Shown here piece by piece: positions 1-9,690 of a stretch of DNA of 64,000 bases. This DNA is from Limnoglobus sp. (lineage in GTDB: Bacteria > Planctomycetota > Planctomycetia > Gemmatales > Gemmataceae): NCBI GenBank assembly GCA_043757025.1, contig JAYVQG010000171.1, positions 1,833 through 65,832 on the forward strand, in the 5' to 3' direction. The notes beneath the pieces are model-generated. The model worked only from the letters and a program-made list of their open reading frames with translations, did not search any database and was not told where the DNA came from. The position numbers and the translations under genes were made by a program. Position 1 is the stretch's first letter; the number at the start of each line of letters is the position of its first letter.

Positions 1-48
1 GGGAATTTGAATCTGGAAAAGGATCTCGGCAACGCCGAAGGCAAGTAG
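1..48 (+). CDS. 3' end of an upstream gene (partial)
   Basis: Open frame GNLNLEKDLGNAEGK ends at TAG 46-48, just upstream of the RBS of the next gene. Confidence 0.5.
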   Translation, partial: GNLNLEKDLGNAEGK

Positions 49-81
49 TGTACCATACGGCGAGGTTAGGGAGCGACGACC

Positions 82-813
82 ATGACTGGCTTCGGTAAAT
101 TGCTCGTGTTCGCGAACTTGTTCGTCAGCGTGGCGCTGTTCGCCTGGGCGTTCTCGCTCTACGCCAACCGCATCGACTACCACGATCGCGAAGTCGGCGA
201 AGGCGAGAGTAAGATCAAGATCGAAGGCCAACTGACGCTCCTCGGCAACGAGGTCAAGCGATTGTCGGATGCGATCAAAGGTTCGCAGGGCGTCTACGCA
301 CGTTCCGCCGATCTGCTGCGATTCCAAGAGCAAACCCGCGATTATCGCCACAGCATTCTGACGACGTGGCTCAACGAGGTGAAGAAGGAAAACGACCCGA
401 ACGCGACGTTCCGCATCATTCCTCGGCAGTCGAGTGGCCTCGCCAACATCGACGCACCGAATCCTCTGCCGCCGTTTCTGAGCCTGAACAACAAGCCACT
501 CGGCGGACTCGGGGCGCTCAATCGTCAACTCGATAAGCTCGTCAAAGATGAAACCGAGAGCATCAACAAGATCAAGATTTCGCGCGAGAAGACGTTCGAC
601 TTCGAGAACCAGATTCTCGTCGAGCGGAAGTCCGGCTTGCAGCTCGAAGTGACGAAGCTGAAAGTGATTCGCGATAACTTGAAAGACGAAAAAGCGTTCG
701 TGGCCGACGCGCAGATCAACTGGGAAGAACAACTGCGGACGCTCGACCTGCGTAAGAACCAACTGCAAATCCGCATCGACGAACTGAAGTCTCGCGTGGG
801 TGCGGGCAAGTAA
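82..813 (+). CDS. Membrane-anchored coiled-coil protein, planctomycete hypothetical
   Basis: AGGGAG RBS; N-terminal hydrophobic helix (MTGFGKLLVFANLFVSVALFAWAF) followed by heptad-rich helical sequence. Confidence 0.8.
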   Translation: MTGFGKLLVFANLFVSVALFAWAFSLYANRIDYHDREVGEGESKIKIEGQLTLLGNEVKRLSDAIKGSQGVYARSADLLRFQEQTRDYRHSILTTWLNEVKKENDPNATFRIIPRQSSGLANIDAPNPLPPFLSLNNKPLGGLGALNRQLDKLVKDETESINKIKISREKTFDFENQILVERKSGLQLEVTKLKVIRDNLKDEKAFVADAQINWEEQLRTLDLRKNQLQIRIDELKSRVGAGK

Positions 814-885
814 CTGTATTATGTGTGAGACATTACCCGAGGGTGTGACGGCGAACCGTTCCGGTTCCCGTTAGAGGAGACGACC

Positions 886-1752
886 ATGACCGCTCTTGGC
901 AAAATTCTCGTGTTCTTCGTGCTGATTCTCAGCCTCGTCTGGAACGCGCTGGTCGTGAATTCGTACGTCACGCGGACGAACTACAAAACCGAACTCGAGA
1001 AGGAGCAAAAGCTCCGCGCCGAGGCCGCCAACTCCGCGAACTACGAGCGGAAACGAGCCGATGAAACGAAGGCCGCCTCCGATGCCGTGATCGCCCAAAG
1101 CGAATCGGCGATTCGCCAACTACGCGGCCAGATCGCCACGCTGACGGCCAACGCCGACAAGACCAACGCCGAGGTCGCTGCCAATCAAGACCAAAAGGAA
1201 AAGGCGAACATCGAGAATCAGGCGACGCTGAACAACAACCTCAAAACGCAACTCAATCAGATCGAGTTACTCCGCGAAGGCATCAACCGCCTGGATAAAT
1301 TGCTCAACGATGCGGTGATCGCGGAACAAAAGGCTAAGAACGACGCGCTTCAGGCGAAGATCAACGAAACGGCCGCACTCAACCGCTCCGACGACCTGGA
1401 AAAGAAGCTATTGGCCGCAAACGATAGTTTGAACAACAGCCGGAACGGCCAACCCGGTGGTCTGGGTACTGCCCGCATCCCGACGACCGATCCGGGCTTC
1501 CAAGCGCACGTGATTAGCGTCTCCGGCGACCTCGTCGAAATCTCGCTCGGTACCAATGCGAAGCTCCAGAAGGGGGCCGTGCTGCAAGTGTGGCGATACA
1601 CGCCGAAGGCGAAGTTCGTCGGCACGCTGACGATTTCGTCGGTCGATCCGTTCCGCGCCACGGGTAAGTTCACCCCGCTCGCATCGGCCGCCTCGAAGCC
1701 GACTGCCGAAGATCTGCCGATGAAAGACGACATCGTCGGCGTGTTGAAGTAG
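886..1752 (+). CDS. Membrane-anchored coiled-coil protein with C-terminal beta domain (FlgT-C-like, tentative)
   Basis: GAGGAG RBS; N-terminus MTALGKILVFFVLILSLVW resembles the previous gene; long coiled coil, then AHVISVSGDLVEISLG...LQKGAVLQVWR...GTLTISSV. Confidence 0.8.
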   Translation: MTALGKILVFFVLILSLVWNALVVNSYVTRTNYKTELEKEQKLRAEAANSANYERKRADETKAASDAVIAQSESAIRQLRGQIATLTANADKTNAEVAANQDQKEKANIENQATLNNNLKTQLNQIELLREGINRLDKLLNDAVIAEQKAKNDALQAKINETAALNRSDDLEKKLLAANDSLNNSRNGQPGGLGTARIPTTDPGFQAHVISVSGDLVEISLGTNAKLQKGAVLQVWRYTPKAKFVGTLTISSVDPFRATGKFTPLASAASKPTAEDLPMKDDIVGVLK

Positions 1753-1838
1753 TGGTGAGTGGTGAGACAAGAATATAGTCGAAGCGAGTGATGCTCTTTA
1801 GCCGCTTCTGAACGCAACTTCAAAACGCGGAGGCGGAC

Positions 1839-2102
1839 ATGGCGAAGAAAACGAAGAAAGTCGTCGATAAAGACGATGCTGACGACAACGAAAAGACACC
1901 GAGCAACGCGCCGCGTAGCACCTCGTACGTGGGGATGCTGATTCTCTCGTCGATCGCGCTGATCGGTGCCGCCGTCTTTCTTTACCTCGATCACGACGAA
2001 CTCGCGAGCGCGAAAAAGGTCGATCCGCCGAGTGTGGTTTTGTCCGATGCGGGGTTAAATATCCCGTCGGCGATCCCTGCACCGGTTGGCGGCGCGAAGT
2101 AA
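1839..2102 (+). CDS. Small single-pass membrane protein
   Basis: GGAGG RBS; charged N-terminus and one TM helix YVGMLILSSIALIGAAVFLYL. Confidence 0.75.
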   Translation: MAKKTKKVVDKDDADDNEKTPSNAPRSTSYVGMLILSSIALIGAAVFLYLDHDELASAKKVDPPSVVLSDAGLNIPSAIPAPVGGAK

Positions 2103-2120
2103 TCCCTAAGGAGCGATCTC

Positions 2121-2597
2121 ATGGCAACCGAAACGACCGCACGCCCGCCGATCTCCGAAGGTTACACGGGGATGTTATTGCTGACCCTCCTGGCGATGGT
2201 CACCGGCATCGGCCTGCTCGTGTTGGAAGCGACCGAATACGACTGGGAACAGAAGCCGAAGAGCGCGGCTGCGATTGCGTTACCCGGCGCGGTAGCGAAA
2301 TCGCCCGGCATCGCCTCGACGGAAGCACCCGCACCAGCCGTTGCGAAACGAGACGAGCCGAAGCCAGAGACCAAGCCCGAAGTCGCCATCAAACCCGCCG
2401 CACCCGCACCCGTAGTGGCACCCGCTCCTGCTGCAGTGGTTGCTGCGCCCGCACCGACGGGACCAACGCCCTCGCCACTGTTGACTCCGCAACCCAACCC
2501 CGCGGTGCCCGCAACGACGCCCGCCCCGAAACCCGCCGCGCCCATGGCACCCGCCGCGCCAACGCCGTCGCCGCTCATACTGCCATTCGGTAGGTAG
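2121..2597 (+). CDS. Single-pass membrane protein with Pro/Ala-rich tail
   Basis: AAGGAG RBS; TM helix YTGMLLLTLLAMVTGIGLLVL and a low-complexity PA-rich C-terminus. Confidence 0.75.
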   Translation: MATETTARPPISEGYTGMLLLTLLAMVTGIGLLVLEATEYDWEQKPKSAAAIALPGAVAKSPGIASTEAPAPAVAKRDEPKPETKPEVAIKPAAPAPVVAPAPAAVVAAPAPTGPTPSPLLTPQPNPAVPATTPAPKPAAPMAPAAPTPSPLILPFGR

Positions 2598-2699
2598 TAG
2601 GGCAGTCTGTAGTGGTTAGTGTCGAGTGATGAGTATAAAGTAATGTGGTGGGTCGGATTGACTCGCTACTCACCACTGCTAAGACCACGGACGGACGAG

Positions 2700-3590
2700 A
2701 TGCCCCCTGAGACCGCGACGGCTGCACCGGTAGTTTGGACCATTCGCGCACTTCTCGCTTGGACGACCGATTTTCTGGCAAAGAAGGGCATCGACTCCCC
2801 GCGACTCGATGCGGAACTGTTGCTCGCACACGTCCTGAAATGCAATCGTATCGACCTCATCGTTCGCTACATCGAAGAGCCCACCACTGCGGAGCGAACC
2901 GGTTTTCGCGAACTCGTATTGAAGCGCGCCGAACGCTGGCCGACGGCGTATCTGATCGGCAAACGCGAATTCTACTTGCTCTCGTTCGAAGTGACGCCCG
3001 CCGTACTCGTGCCGCGACCCGATACGGAAACGCTGGTTCTGAAAGCGATGGACCTGTTGAAAGGCATCCCGCACCCGAAGGTTCTCGAACTCGGCACCGG
3101 CTCCGGCTGCATTGCGGTCAGCCTCGCGCACATGTGCAAAATCGCGAACGTCACCGCCGTCGATATTTCACCCGATGCCCTCGATGTCGCCAAACGCAAC
3201 GCAGTCAAGCACGGCGTCGCAGAACGTATCACATTCTTGTTGGGCGATTGGTACGCACCGGTTCCCGATGGCGAAACCTTCGATTCGATCGTCAGCAATC
3301 CGCCGTACATTCCGCCTGCGGAGCTCGCCGAACTCGCTCCTGAAGTGCGCGACCACGAACCGCGTTTGGCGCTCGATGGCGGCCCCGATGGCCTCGCGTT
3401 CTACCGCCGTCTGGCAATGGGCTTACCGACATATCTGAAGCCCGGCGGCACGATTGCCGTCGAGATCGGTTCGACGCAAGAACCCGACGTGCGCGCGATC
3501 TTCGCCGACACGCCCGGTATAGCCAACATCCAGCTATTCAAAGACATGGCCGGTCGGCCCCGCGTCGTGACCGCGACATTTACGGCGTGA
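2700..3590 (+). CDS. prmC: Release factor glutamine N5-methyltransferase
   Basis: SPRLDAELLLAHVL, VLVPRPDTETLV, SAM motif LELGTGSGCIA and catalytic NPPY. Start placed at ATG 2700. Confidence 0.95.
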   Translation: MPPETATAAPVVWTIRALLAWTTDFLAKKGIDSPRLDAELLLAHVLKCNRIDLIVRYIEEPTTAERTGFRELVLKRAERWPTAYLIGKREFYLLSFEVTPAVLVPRPDTETLVLKAMDLLKGIPHPKVLELGTGSGCIAVSLAHMCKIANVTAVDISPDALDVAKRNAVKHGVAERITFLLGDWYAPVPDGETFDSIVSNPPYIPPAELAELAPEVRDHEPRLALDGGPDGLAFYRRLAMGLPTYLKPGGTIAVEIGSTQEPDVRAIFADTPGIANIQLFKDMAGRPRVVTATFTA

Positions 3591-3897
3591 ACCGGCGACC
3601 CTGTTTCGGGCGGAGTTTCCGAAAGTCGTGGTTGCGGTACACCGTCAGAATCCGGTCGTCGTCGGTGGCGCACACCACTTGCACGCCTTCAAATTCTTCC
3701 AAGTGGATGCAATCTTTCGCCAGAGCTTCGGCGACTTCATTTCGGCCAATCGCGTAGATGATGGCCCCACGGGTGTAAACGATCCGCCCGTAATTCAGCA
3801 CCATTTCCACGGCTTCGGACGGAATGCCCCGGTTGCCCATACGGCTTTCCGCGTGGCGGCTGAGCGGAGACCCAGGTTGCGGTAGACGCGGTCGCAT
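3580..3897 (-). CDS. DUF4258-like small protein
   Basis: LSRHAESRMGNRGIPSEAVEMVLNYG...ILTVY matches the DUF4258 pattern (H-A-x-x-R-M-x-x-R-x-I...I-x-T-V-Y). Start placed at ATG 3897. Confidence 0.7.
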   Translation of the reverse strand: MRPRLPQPGSPLSRHAESRMGNRGIPSEAVEMVLNYGRIVYTRGAIIYAIGRNEVAEALAKDCIHLEEFEGVQVVCATDDDRILTVYRNHDFRKLRPKQGRRFTP

Positions 3898-4233
3898 GTT
3901 CAGGCCCTCTGTGAAGGAAGGGACGCAGGAACGACACATCGCGGATCGAAAGGGAGAGAGTAAAGCGTGATGTACTTGAATTCTACACACGAACACCCCC
4001 CTCGTGTCAAAGCCGAAATGTGAGAACGACGAGAGAATGGGCAAAATGTCGGTCCAGAGTGGCGATTCTCCCTCATCGCAACGATTGCAGCAATTGCGAA
4101 CGCACTGGTTGTACCCGACCGTGTGGTGATCGATCCAGACGCCTGGACGATAGCCCCCCCAACGGGGTTCGCCATCTCCGAGCCGTCGTTAATGCGCAAG
4201 AGCGTAACCCAGGGGTACTTACTTTCTCTTCTT

Positions 4234-4312
4234 GTAGCTGGGGTCTGTGACCCCGGAAGCCTGACAATTGAGTAGACGCTGCCTCTCCACCGGCCTCACA
4301 GAGGCCAGCTAC
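4234..4312. repeat. GTAG-type REP inverted doublet
   Basis: GTAGCTGGGGTCTGTGACCCCGG (4234-4256) and the reverse complement of GTAGCTGGCCTCTGTGAGGCCGG (4290-4312). Confidence 0.85.
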
Positions 4313-4331
4313 ACAAGAAAGCTCACCCAGT

Positions 4332-4454
4332 GGTACGACGAAGCGTCTAACCCTGGGCTATCAGATTTAACCCCGTTGGGGTAAGAACTGGCGATGGATT
4401 TACCCCAACGGGGTTCGATCTTTTAGCCCAGGGTTAGACGTCTTACGTCGTACC
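4332..4454. repeat. Long imperfect inverted repeat (REPIN/MITE-like)
   Basis: Arms GGTACGACG..CGTCTAACCCTGGGCTA..AACCCCGTTGGGGTAA and TTACCCCAACGGGGTT..TAGCCCAGGGTTAGACG..CGTCGTACC; partial copy near 4156-4216. Confidence 0.8.
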
Positions 4455-4526
4455 CCCGGGCGTACATGCAAAATCGCGCCACTTCACAACGCGCAAGCGA
4501 GGAAAGTGCAAACCGAAAAACGTCGA

Positions 4527-6779
4527 CTACGACTTTCGCCCGTAGAAGCGGTTTGCGAGAACGCTCTCGGCGGCGATGCCGATCAGCACCGCGATCAGGA
4601 GCCAAGGGAAAAGGTCGAGCGGTTGGTTGAACTTCGAGGCGAGCACGTCGCGGAGTTTCAGGTCTTTGCCGATCGGCACGACGCTGTTGGGGCCGAAGAG
4701 ATTTTCGATCGCTTCGGCAGGGACTTTGTCGAGCGTGCTTTCGTCGGCGGGAGCGTTCAAACTGAAACCCTCACGCCACTTGAGCGAATCGATCGTCAGC
4801 AAAAAGTTGCCCGTGTTCTGGGCGTTCGCGGCGGGCAAGCGATACTCGGTCTGGTTCTCCGCAAGTTCGATTTCTGAGTCGCGACCCGAAAAGCCCCGCC
4901 CTTCGAGCCGCAGTTTCGTGCCGGCTTTGCGTTCGCCGCGCGGCAATGTCACTGGCACGATTTGCCCGCTGACGAAGTTGAAATTCGCATCGGTCGGATC
5001 GCCCGCCATGTAGCGTATCAGTTGGTTCGGGATCGCGACGGCCCACGAGTTGCCGACGTCCCAGTAATCGTTCCACGCTTCGAGTGGGTTCTTTTGCGTG
5101 TCGAATCGTGTCGTGAACAGCAACACTTTGCCGCCCTTGGTGCCGACGTTGCGCTCGAGCAATGCGGGACGTTGTTTTGCGGCATCATCGTCGTCGTCGT
5201 ACTTCACGATGACGCTGCCTTCGGGTGCGCGTTCGACGTCGAAGTATCGCAGAACGCGACGCGGATTGACGAGAATATCGATGTTGCCCTGGAGCTTCCA
5301 CTCGATGAACGGCGCGAATAATGGGTGGCGAAGTGTCTCGTAATTGACGAGCCAGGTCACGCCGCGGGAACGGTCGTACGCAGTCGGTACTTTGGGATCC
5401 TTCGGCACTTCGGGCTTCGGGAACGTCGTCGCGTCGATGGTGTCTTTCTTCAGCGAGCCGGGTAGTAACCGCCCCGCTTCCTCATCCGTCGTGCTGTAAC
5501 TCGCGATTCGCGCATCGGGGCCGGGCATGACGAGCAGCTTCCCGCCAGACTCGACGTATGTGCGCAGTTTCGGCCACAACCGCACGGGGTCCGCGACGCC
5601 GAGCAGGCAGACCGCTTCGTAGCCGGTTAGGTTCGGGACTTCATCCGCGAGCTTGACTTCGCAATCGAACTCGCCCTTGACCGCGTGCGAGAGTTGCCAC
5701 ATGTCTGCATCGGAAATCTTATCCGTCAGCGTGAGAATCTTGCGCGGCTCGGCTACCTTGAACGTGAAGAACCGAATGTTGTCCGCGGCGAGTTTATCCG
5801 CATTTTCCAGGCGAATTTCGACCTGATGCACGCCCGGTGTCAACTGCGTGCCATCGAGTAAGAACGAGACGCCCTGGCTCGCCCCGCTCGAAACTTTCAC
5901 CAGTTTCTTTTGCTCCGGCACGTTCGGCATCGTCGTGATGCGGCAATTCACCGTCGCTTCGACTTCCGGCCCCGCGACCGCAATCGTCGCGTTCAGCAGC
6001 ACCGGCTTGCCTTGCGGTACGATCTGCGGTTTCAGTTCGATACCGGTGATCGCTACGTTCGCGGGTTCGTCGATTCCGACATCGACGAACAGGTGCGACA
6101 CGGCGGGTGGCGGGATACTTTCGCGGAGTTTCTTGAGGTCGTCGGTGCGGGTGGCATCCCAACAGGCCGCGGTGCGATCCGAGAACACTGCCACGAGACG
6201 CGACATCGGCTCGGCGACTTCGCTTTCCCGATCGACCGTCTTCAGAAGCTGATACGCATTCGCAATCGACGCCGTCACCGGCACCGCCACGCCCTTCGGT
6301 TCTTTCATCGCTTCGAGCTTCTTGCGGGCATCGCCGATCGAAACTTCCCAACTGCCCCCGGCGTCGGCCGGGTCGAGGATCGCGACTTTGGAACCGCTCG
6401 GCAGATCGTCCAGCAGTTCGAGCGCCCGCCGCCGCGCTTCGTCGAGCCGTGTTCGGTCGTTCGCGGTGTACCCCATACTCGGCGAGGTATCGACGATCAT
6501 CGCCACCGCCACCGGTTGTTCGCCGGAGAAATTGATACCGCCAAAGTCGCCGGTGAGCGACGGTTGATAGAGCGCCAGCCCGAACAGCGCGATGAGTAGC
6601 ATTCGCAAAAGTAACAGGAAAAAGTGCCGTAACCGCATCTTTCGCTGGTTGATGCGGCGCTTCTGTTGCAGGAATCGAATCGCGGGGAAAACGAGCCGCT
6701 TCGGCTCTTGCTTCATGATGAGGTGAAGCAGAATCGGCAGTCCAACCAACATCGCCGTCGCCAACAGGATCGCGTGCAT
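4527..6779 (-). CDS. BatA N-terminal / von Willebrand A domain membrane protein
   Basis: LPILLHLI...FPAIRFL BatA double-TM motif, MIDAS-like VDTSPSM, VFSD, C-terminal TM WLLIAVLIGIAAESVLA. Start uncertain. Confidence 0.85.
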   Translation of the reverse strand: MHAILLATAMLVGLPILLHLIMKQEPKRLVFPAIRFLQQKRRINQRKMRLRHFFLLLLRMLLIALFGLALYQPSLTGDFGGINFSGEQPVAVAMIVDTSPSMGYTANDRTRLDEARRRALELLDDLPSGSKVAILDPADAGGSWEVSIGDARKKLEAMKEPKGVAVPVTASIANAYQLLKTVDRESEVAEPMSRLVAVFSDRTAACWDATRTDDLKKLRESIPPPAVSHLFVDVGIDEPANVAITGIELKPQIVPQGKPVLLNATIAVAGPEVEATVNCRITTMPNVPEQKKLVKVSSGASQGVSFLLDGTQLTPGVHQVEIRLENADKLAADNIRFFTFKVAEPRKILTLTDKISDADMWQLSHAVKGEFDCEVKLADEVPNLTGYEAVCLLGVADPVRLWPKLRTYVESGGKLLVMPGPDARIASYSTTDEEAGRLLPGSLKKDTIDATTFPKPEVPKDPKVPTAYDRSRGVTWLVNYETLRHPLFAPFIEWKLQGNIDILVNPRRVLRYFDVERAPEGSVIVKYDDDDDAAKQRPALLERNVGTKGGKVLLFTTRFDTQKNPLEAWNDYWDVGNSWAVAIPNQLIRYMAGDPTDANFNFVSGQIVPVTLPRGERKAGTKLRLEGRGFSGRDSEIELAENQTEYRLPAANAQNTGNFLLTIDSLKWREGFSLNAPADESTLDKVPAEAIENLFGPNSVVPIGKDLKLRDVLASKFNQPLDLFPWLLIAVLIGIAAESVLANRFYGRKS

Positions 6780-6918
6780 AGCAATAATGTACTTGAGTTT
6801 GCCCGAAACGACACGGCGCGGAATCGTCACGCGATTGTCACGGCCGTTCGTTGTCCCGGTGCGTTCGCGATACATTGTAGCCGCCCGAACTCTCCGATTG
6901 CTCTTTGCGAGGCATCTC

Positions 6919-8496
6919 ATGCGATATTTGAGGATACTGCTGATGGCACTGACGTTCGCAATCCCGCAAGTGTGCGATGCGGCCGAGATTCCGACGACGA
7001 GCAAAATCGTCGCGGTCGATCTGTTCAAGAATGGCCTCGCGGTCGTTCGACGCGAAGCGACACTCGGTAAAGCGGGTGCGTACGTCCTCGACGATGTCCC
7101 CGATGCGATTCACGGCACGTACTGGATCGATAGTTCCGCGCCGGTCGAATCGCTGATGCGGACGCGCGAAGTCGATGTGCCCGCGAATGAAACGCTCCCC
7201 GGAAACATGCAAGACGACCTGGCCGGCAAGAAAGTAACGATCCATTTCCGCGGTGAGAAACTCGCGCCGGTGGTCGGCACCGTGGTCAAATTCAAGGTGC
7301 CGAAGGGCGAGGATGTCACTCCGCAACCGTCGCGGTTTCTGATCGTCGATACGGCCAAGGGGCGCAGCTTCGTCGAAGCGTCGGAGATCGTCAACATCGA
7401 AGCGGAAGCCGGTGACGGCAAGGTAAAACGTCGACGCTCGCAACTGGTGCTGACGGTCGGCGATAACCCGAAGGCCGAGACGAAGATCGTCATCCGCTAC
7501 CTCACACGCGGCCTCGCCTGGGCACCGAGTTACAAGATCGATATCAGCGACCCAAAGACGCTGACGCTCGAACAGCACGCGGTCGTGAAGAACGAACTTG
7601 CGGACCTCGCCGATGCGGAACTGCGGTTGATCTCCGGCTTCCCGAGCGTGCAGTTCGGCCACGTGCGTTCGCTAATGTCGAACCGCACGACGATGGCCGC
7701 GTTCTTCGGCGAATTGAATAATAGTGGCGGGCACAATAACGACGCGATGTTCAACAGCGTGGTGACGCAGAATCTCGCCTTGAGTAATTTTCGCACGCCG
7801 CGGTCGATGCCGAGCCTCGGGGTGATTCCGACGGGCGAAGGCGTGGACCTCCACTACGAGCCGATCGGGAAACGCACACTCGCGGATGGCGACGCACTTT
7901 CGCTCACCGTGGCAAAGGGCACCGCGAAGTACGAGCGTATCGTCGAATGGCTCGTGCCCGATACTCGCGATGTGTACGGTCGGTCCGTCGACGGGCAGAC
8001 TCACACCGATGACGATTCGCCGTGGGATGCCCTGCGGTTCCAGAACCCGTTGAAGTTCCCGATGACGACCGGCCCCGCAATGGTAATCGCCGACGGCAAA
8101 TTCAACGGCCAACGCACGAGCTACTGGGTGAACGCGGGCGAAGAGATGGTCCTCCGCGTCGACAAGGCACTGAGCGTGCGAACGTACACGACCGAGAACG
8201 AGGACCCGAAAGAACCGAACCGCGACGCGATCTGGCTCGGCGGCCGGCAATACCGCAAAACGACGGTCGAAGGCGAAATTACGGTCAACAACCACCGCAA
8301 GGAAACGATCGAACTCATCGTCCGCCGTCGATTTTCGGGCGAGTTAATTACCGCCGATGGCACCCCGAAAACCTCGCTTCGCGAAGAAGGCGCATACTCG
8401 GTGAACAAGCGCAACGAGCTGTTCTGGACGATCCCCCTGAAAGCGGGCGAAGAGCGCAAGTTGAAGTATCGCTACAGCGTGCTGGTGATGTCGTAA
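6919..8496 (+). CDS. DUF4139/DUF4140-type secreted protein
   Basis: Signal peptide; VAVDLFKNGLAVVRRE, YLTRGLAWAPSYKIDI, C-terminal WTIPLKAGEERKLKYRYSV. Confidence 0.8.
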   Translation: MRYLRILLMALTFAIPQVCDAAEIPTTSKIVAVDLFKNGLAVVRREATLGKAGAYVLDDVPDAIHGTYWIDSSAPVESLMRTREVDVPANETLPGNMQDDLAGKKVTIHFRGEKLAPVVGTVVKFKVPKGEDVTPQPSRFLIVDTAKGRSFVEASEIVNIEAEAGDGKVKRRRSQLVLTVGDNPKAETKIVIRYLTRGLAWAPSYKIDISDPKTLTLEQHAVVKNELADLADAELRLISGFPSVQFGHVRSLMSNRTTMAAFFGELNNSGGHNNDAMFNSVVTQNLALSNFRTPRSMPSLGVIPTGEGVDLHYEPIGKRTLADGDALSLTVAKGTAKYERIVEWLVPDTRDVYGRSVDGQTHTDDDSPWDALRFQNPLKFPMTTGPAMVIADGKFNGQRTSYWVNAGEEMVLRVDKALSVRTYTTENEDPKEPNRDAIWLGGRQYRKTTVEGEITVNNHRKETIELIVRRRFSGELITADGTPKTSLREEGAYSVNKRNELFWTIPLKAGEERKLKYRYSVLVMS

Positions 8497-8598
8497 CCCG
8501 ACAACCTTCTCGTAAGTTTCTTCGCGTAACGCCACGTTTGGCCATAGAAATGTCTGCGGCGATGTTGTTGTGCCGCATTCACTCGAAAGGCCACTCCC

Positions 8599-9579
8599 AT
8601 GATGCGATTTCTGTTACTGGCGATACTCTCGTTGGCGAGTGTCGTCCACGCGGCGGATGCCGTGTTGGTGCCGCTGCAAACGGTGGCGTTGAAAGGCGTC
8701 GATGGCAAACTCGATCACCTCGCCGTCGACTCTAAAGGGCAACGCCTGTTCGTGGCGAACAAGCCGAACAACACGCTCGATGTCGTCGATCTCAAGACCA
8801 ACACGATGGTGCAGCAGATCGCCAATCAAGGGAAAATTTCGGGCATCGCGTATGCGGCCGACCTCGACATGATCTACGTCGGCAACGGCGCGGGTGTCTG
8901 TAATGGCTTCGATGGCAAGGACTATAAGCTCGTTTTCTCAACGCCCGCCAAAGGTGCGGACAACGTGCATTACCATTCTGGCAACAAGATGGTCTACGTG
9001 GCGCATGGTGCCACGCTCTCCGAACTCGATGCGAAAACGGGCGATGTGAAGGCCGCCATCGCGTTGCCCGGCGATGCGCACGGCTTCAAGATCGACAAGA
9101 AAGCGGGCCTCATTTACGTCGTGCTCACGAAGCCGAGCCTGATCGCCGTCGTGGACGTTGCCAAACGCGAAGTGACCGCGAAGTTCCCGCTGACGCTATC
9201 GGATGCCGGTAGTCCGATCGCCCAAGATGCCACCAACGGTTTGCTGTTCGTCGGTTGCCCCAAGAAGCCGATGGTCGTGGTCTTCGACGCGAAAACCGGC
9301 AAGGAATTAACGAGTATCGCGATCCCCGCTGGCATCGACGACCTGCACTTCGACTCGAAGCGCAACCGCCTGTATGCGTCGTGCTCCGATAGCGTGCTGG
9401 CCGTCATCGAAAAGAAAGGCGACGCCTACGAAGTGACAGCAAAAATCGACACCCCGAAGAACTCGCGAACCTGCGCCTGGAGCGGCAACAAACTCTACTT
9501 GGGCGTACCCAAACAAGAAGGCAAAGACGGCCCCGAAGTGCGCATCTTTGAAGCCAAGCCGGATGTCGAGAAGAAGTGA
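8599..9579 (+). CDS. YncE-family secreted beta-propeller protein
   Basis: Signal peptide; GKLDHLAVD..RLFVAN, DDLHFDSKRNRLYASC and repeated propeller blades. Confidence 0.85.
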   Translation: MMRFLLLAILSLASVVHAADAVLVPLQTVALKGVDGKLDHLAVDSKGQRLFVANKPNNTLDVVDLKTNTMVQQIANQGKISGIAYAADLDMIYVGNGAGVCNGFDGKDYKLVFSTPAKGADNVHYHSGNKMVYVAHGATLSELDAKTGDVKAAIALPGDAHGFKIDKKAGLIYVVLTKPSLIAVVDVAKREVTAKFPLTLSDAGSPIAQDATNGLLFVGCPKKPMVVVFDAKTGKELTSIAIPAGIDDLHFDSKRNRLYASCSDSVLAVIEKKGDAYEVTAKIDTPKNSRTCAWSGNKLYLGVPKQEGKDGPEVRIFEAKPDVEKK

Positions 9580-9690
9580 TTCTGGTGACCGCAGGTTTTC
9601 AACCTTCGTACTTGTAACGACTGCGTGTCGAGTCTGCGAGACAAGACAGTTCGTACATCTGCACGTAAGTCATTCCGAAAAGGACTCTCC

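Noticed and set aside
1751-2677. GTGGTGAGTGGTGAG and CTACTCACCACT short motifs flanking the two small membrane genes
   Set aside because: Only 7-12 bp matches with too few copies to support an element.
3980-4010. TTGACA/TAGAAT promoter for the DUF4258-like gene
   Set aside because: Spacer is 19 nt and there is no properly placed extended -10; too weak to call.
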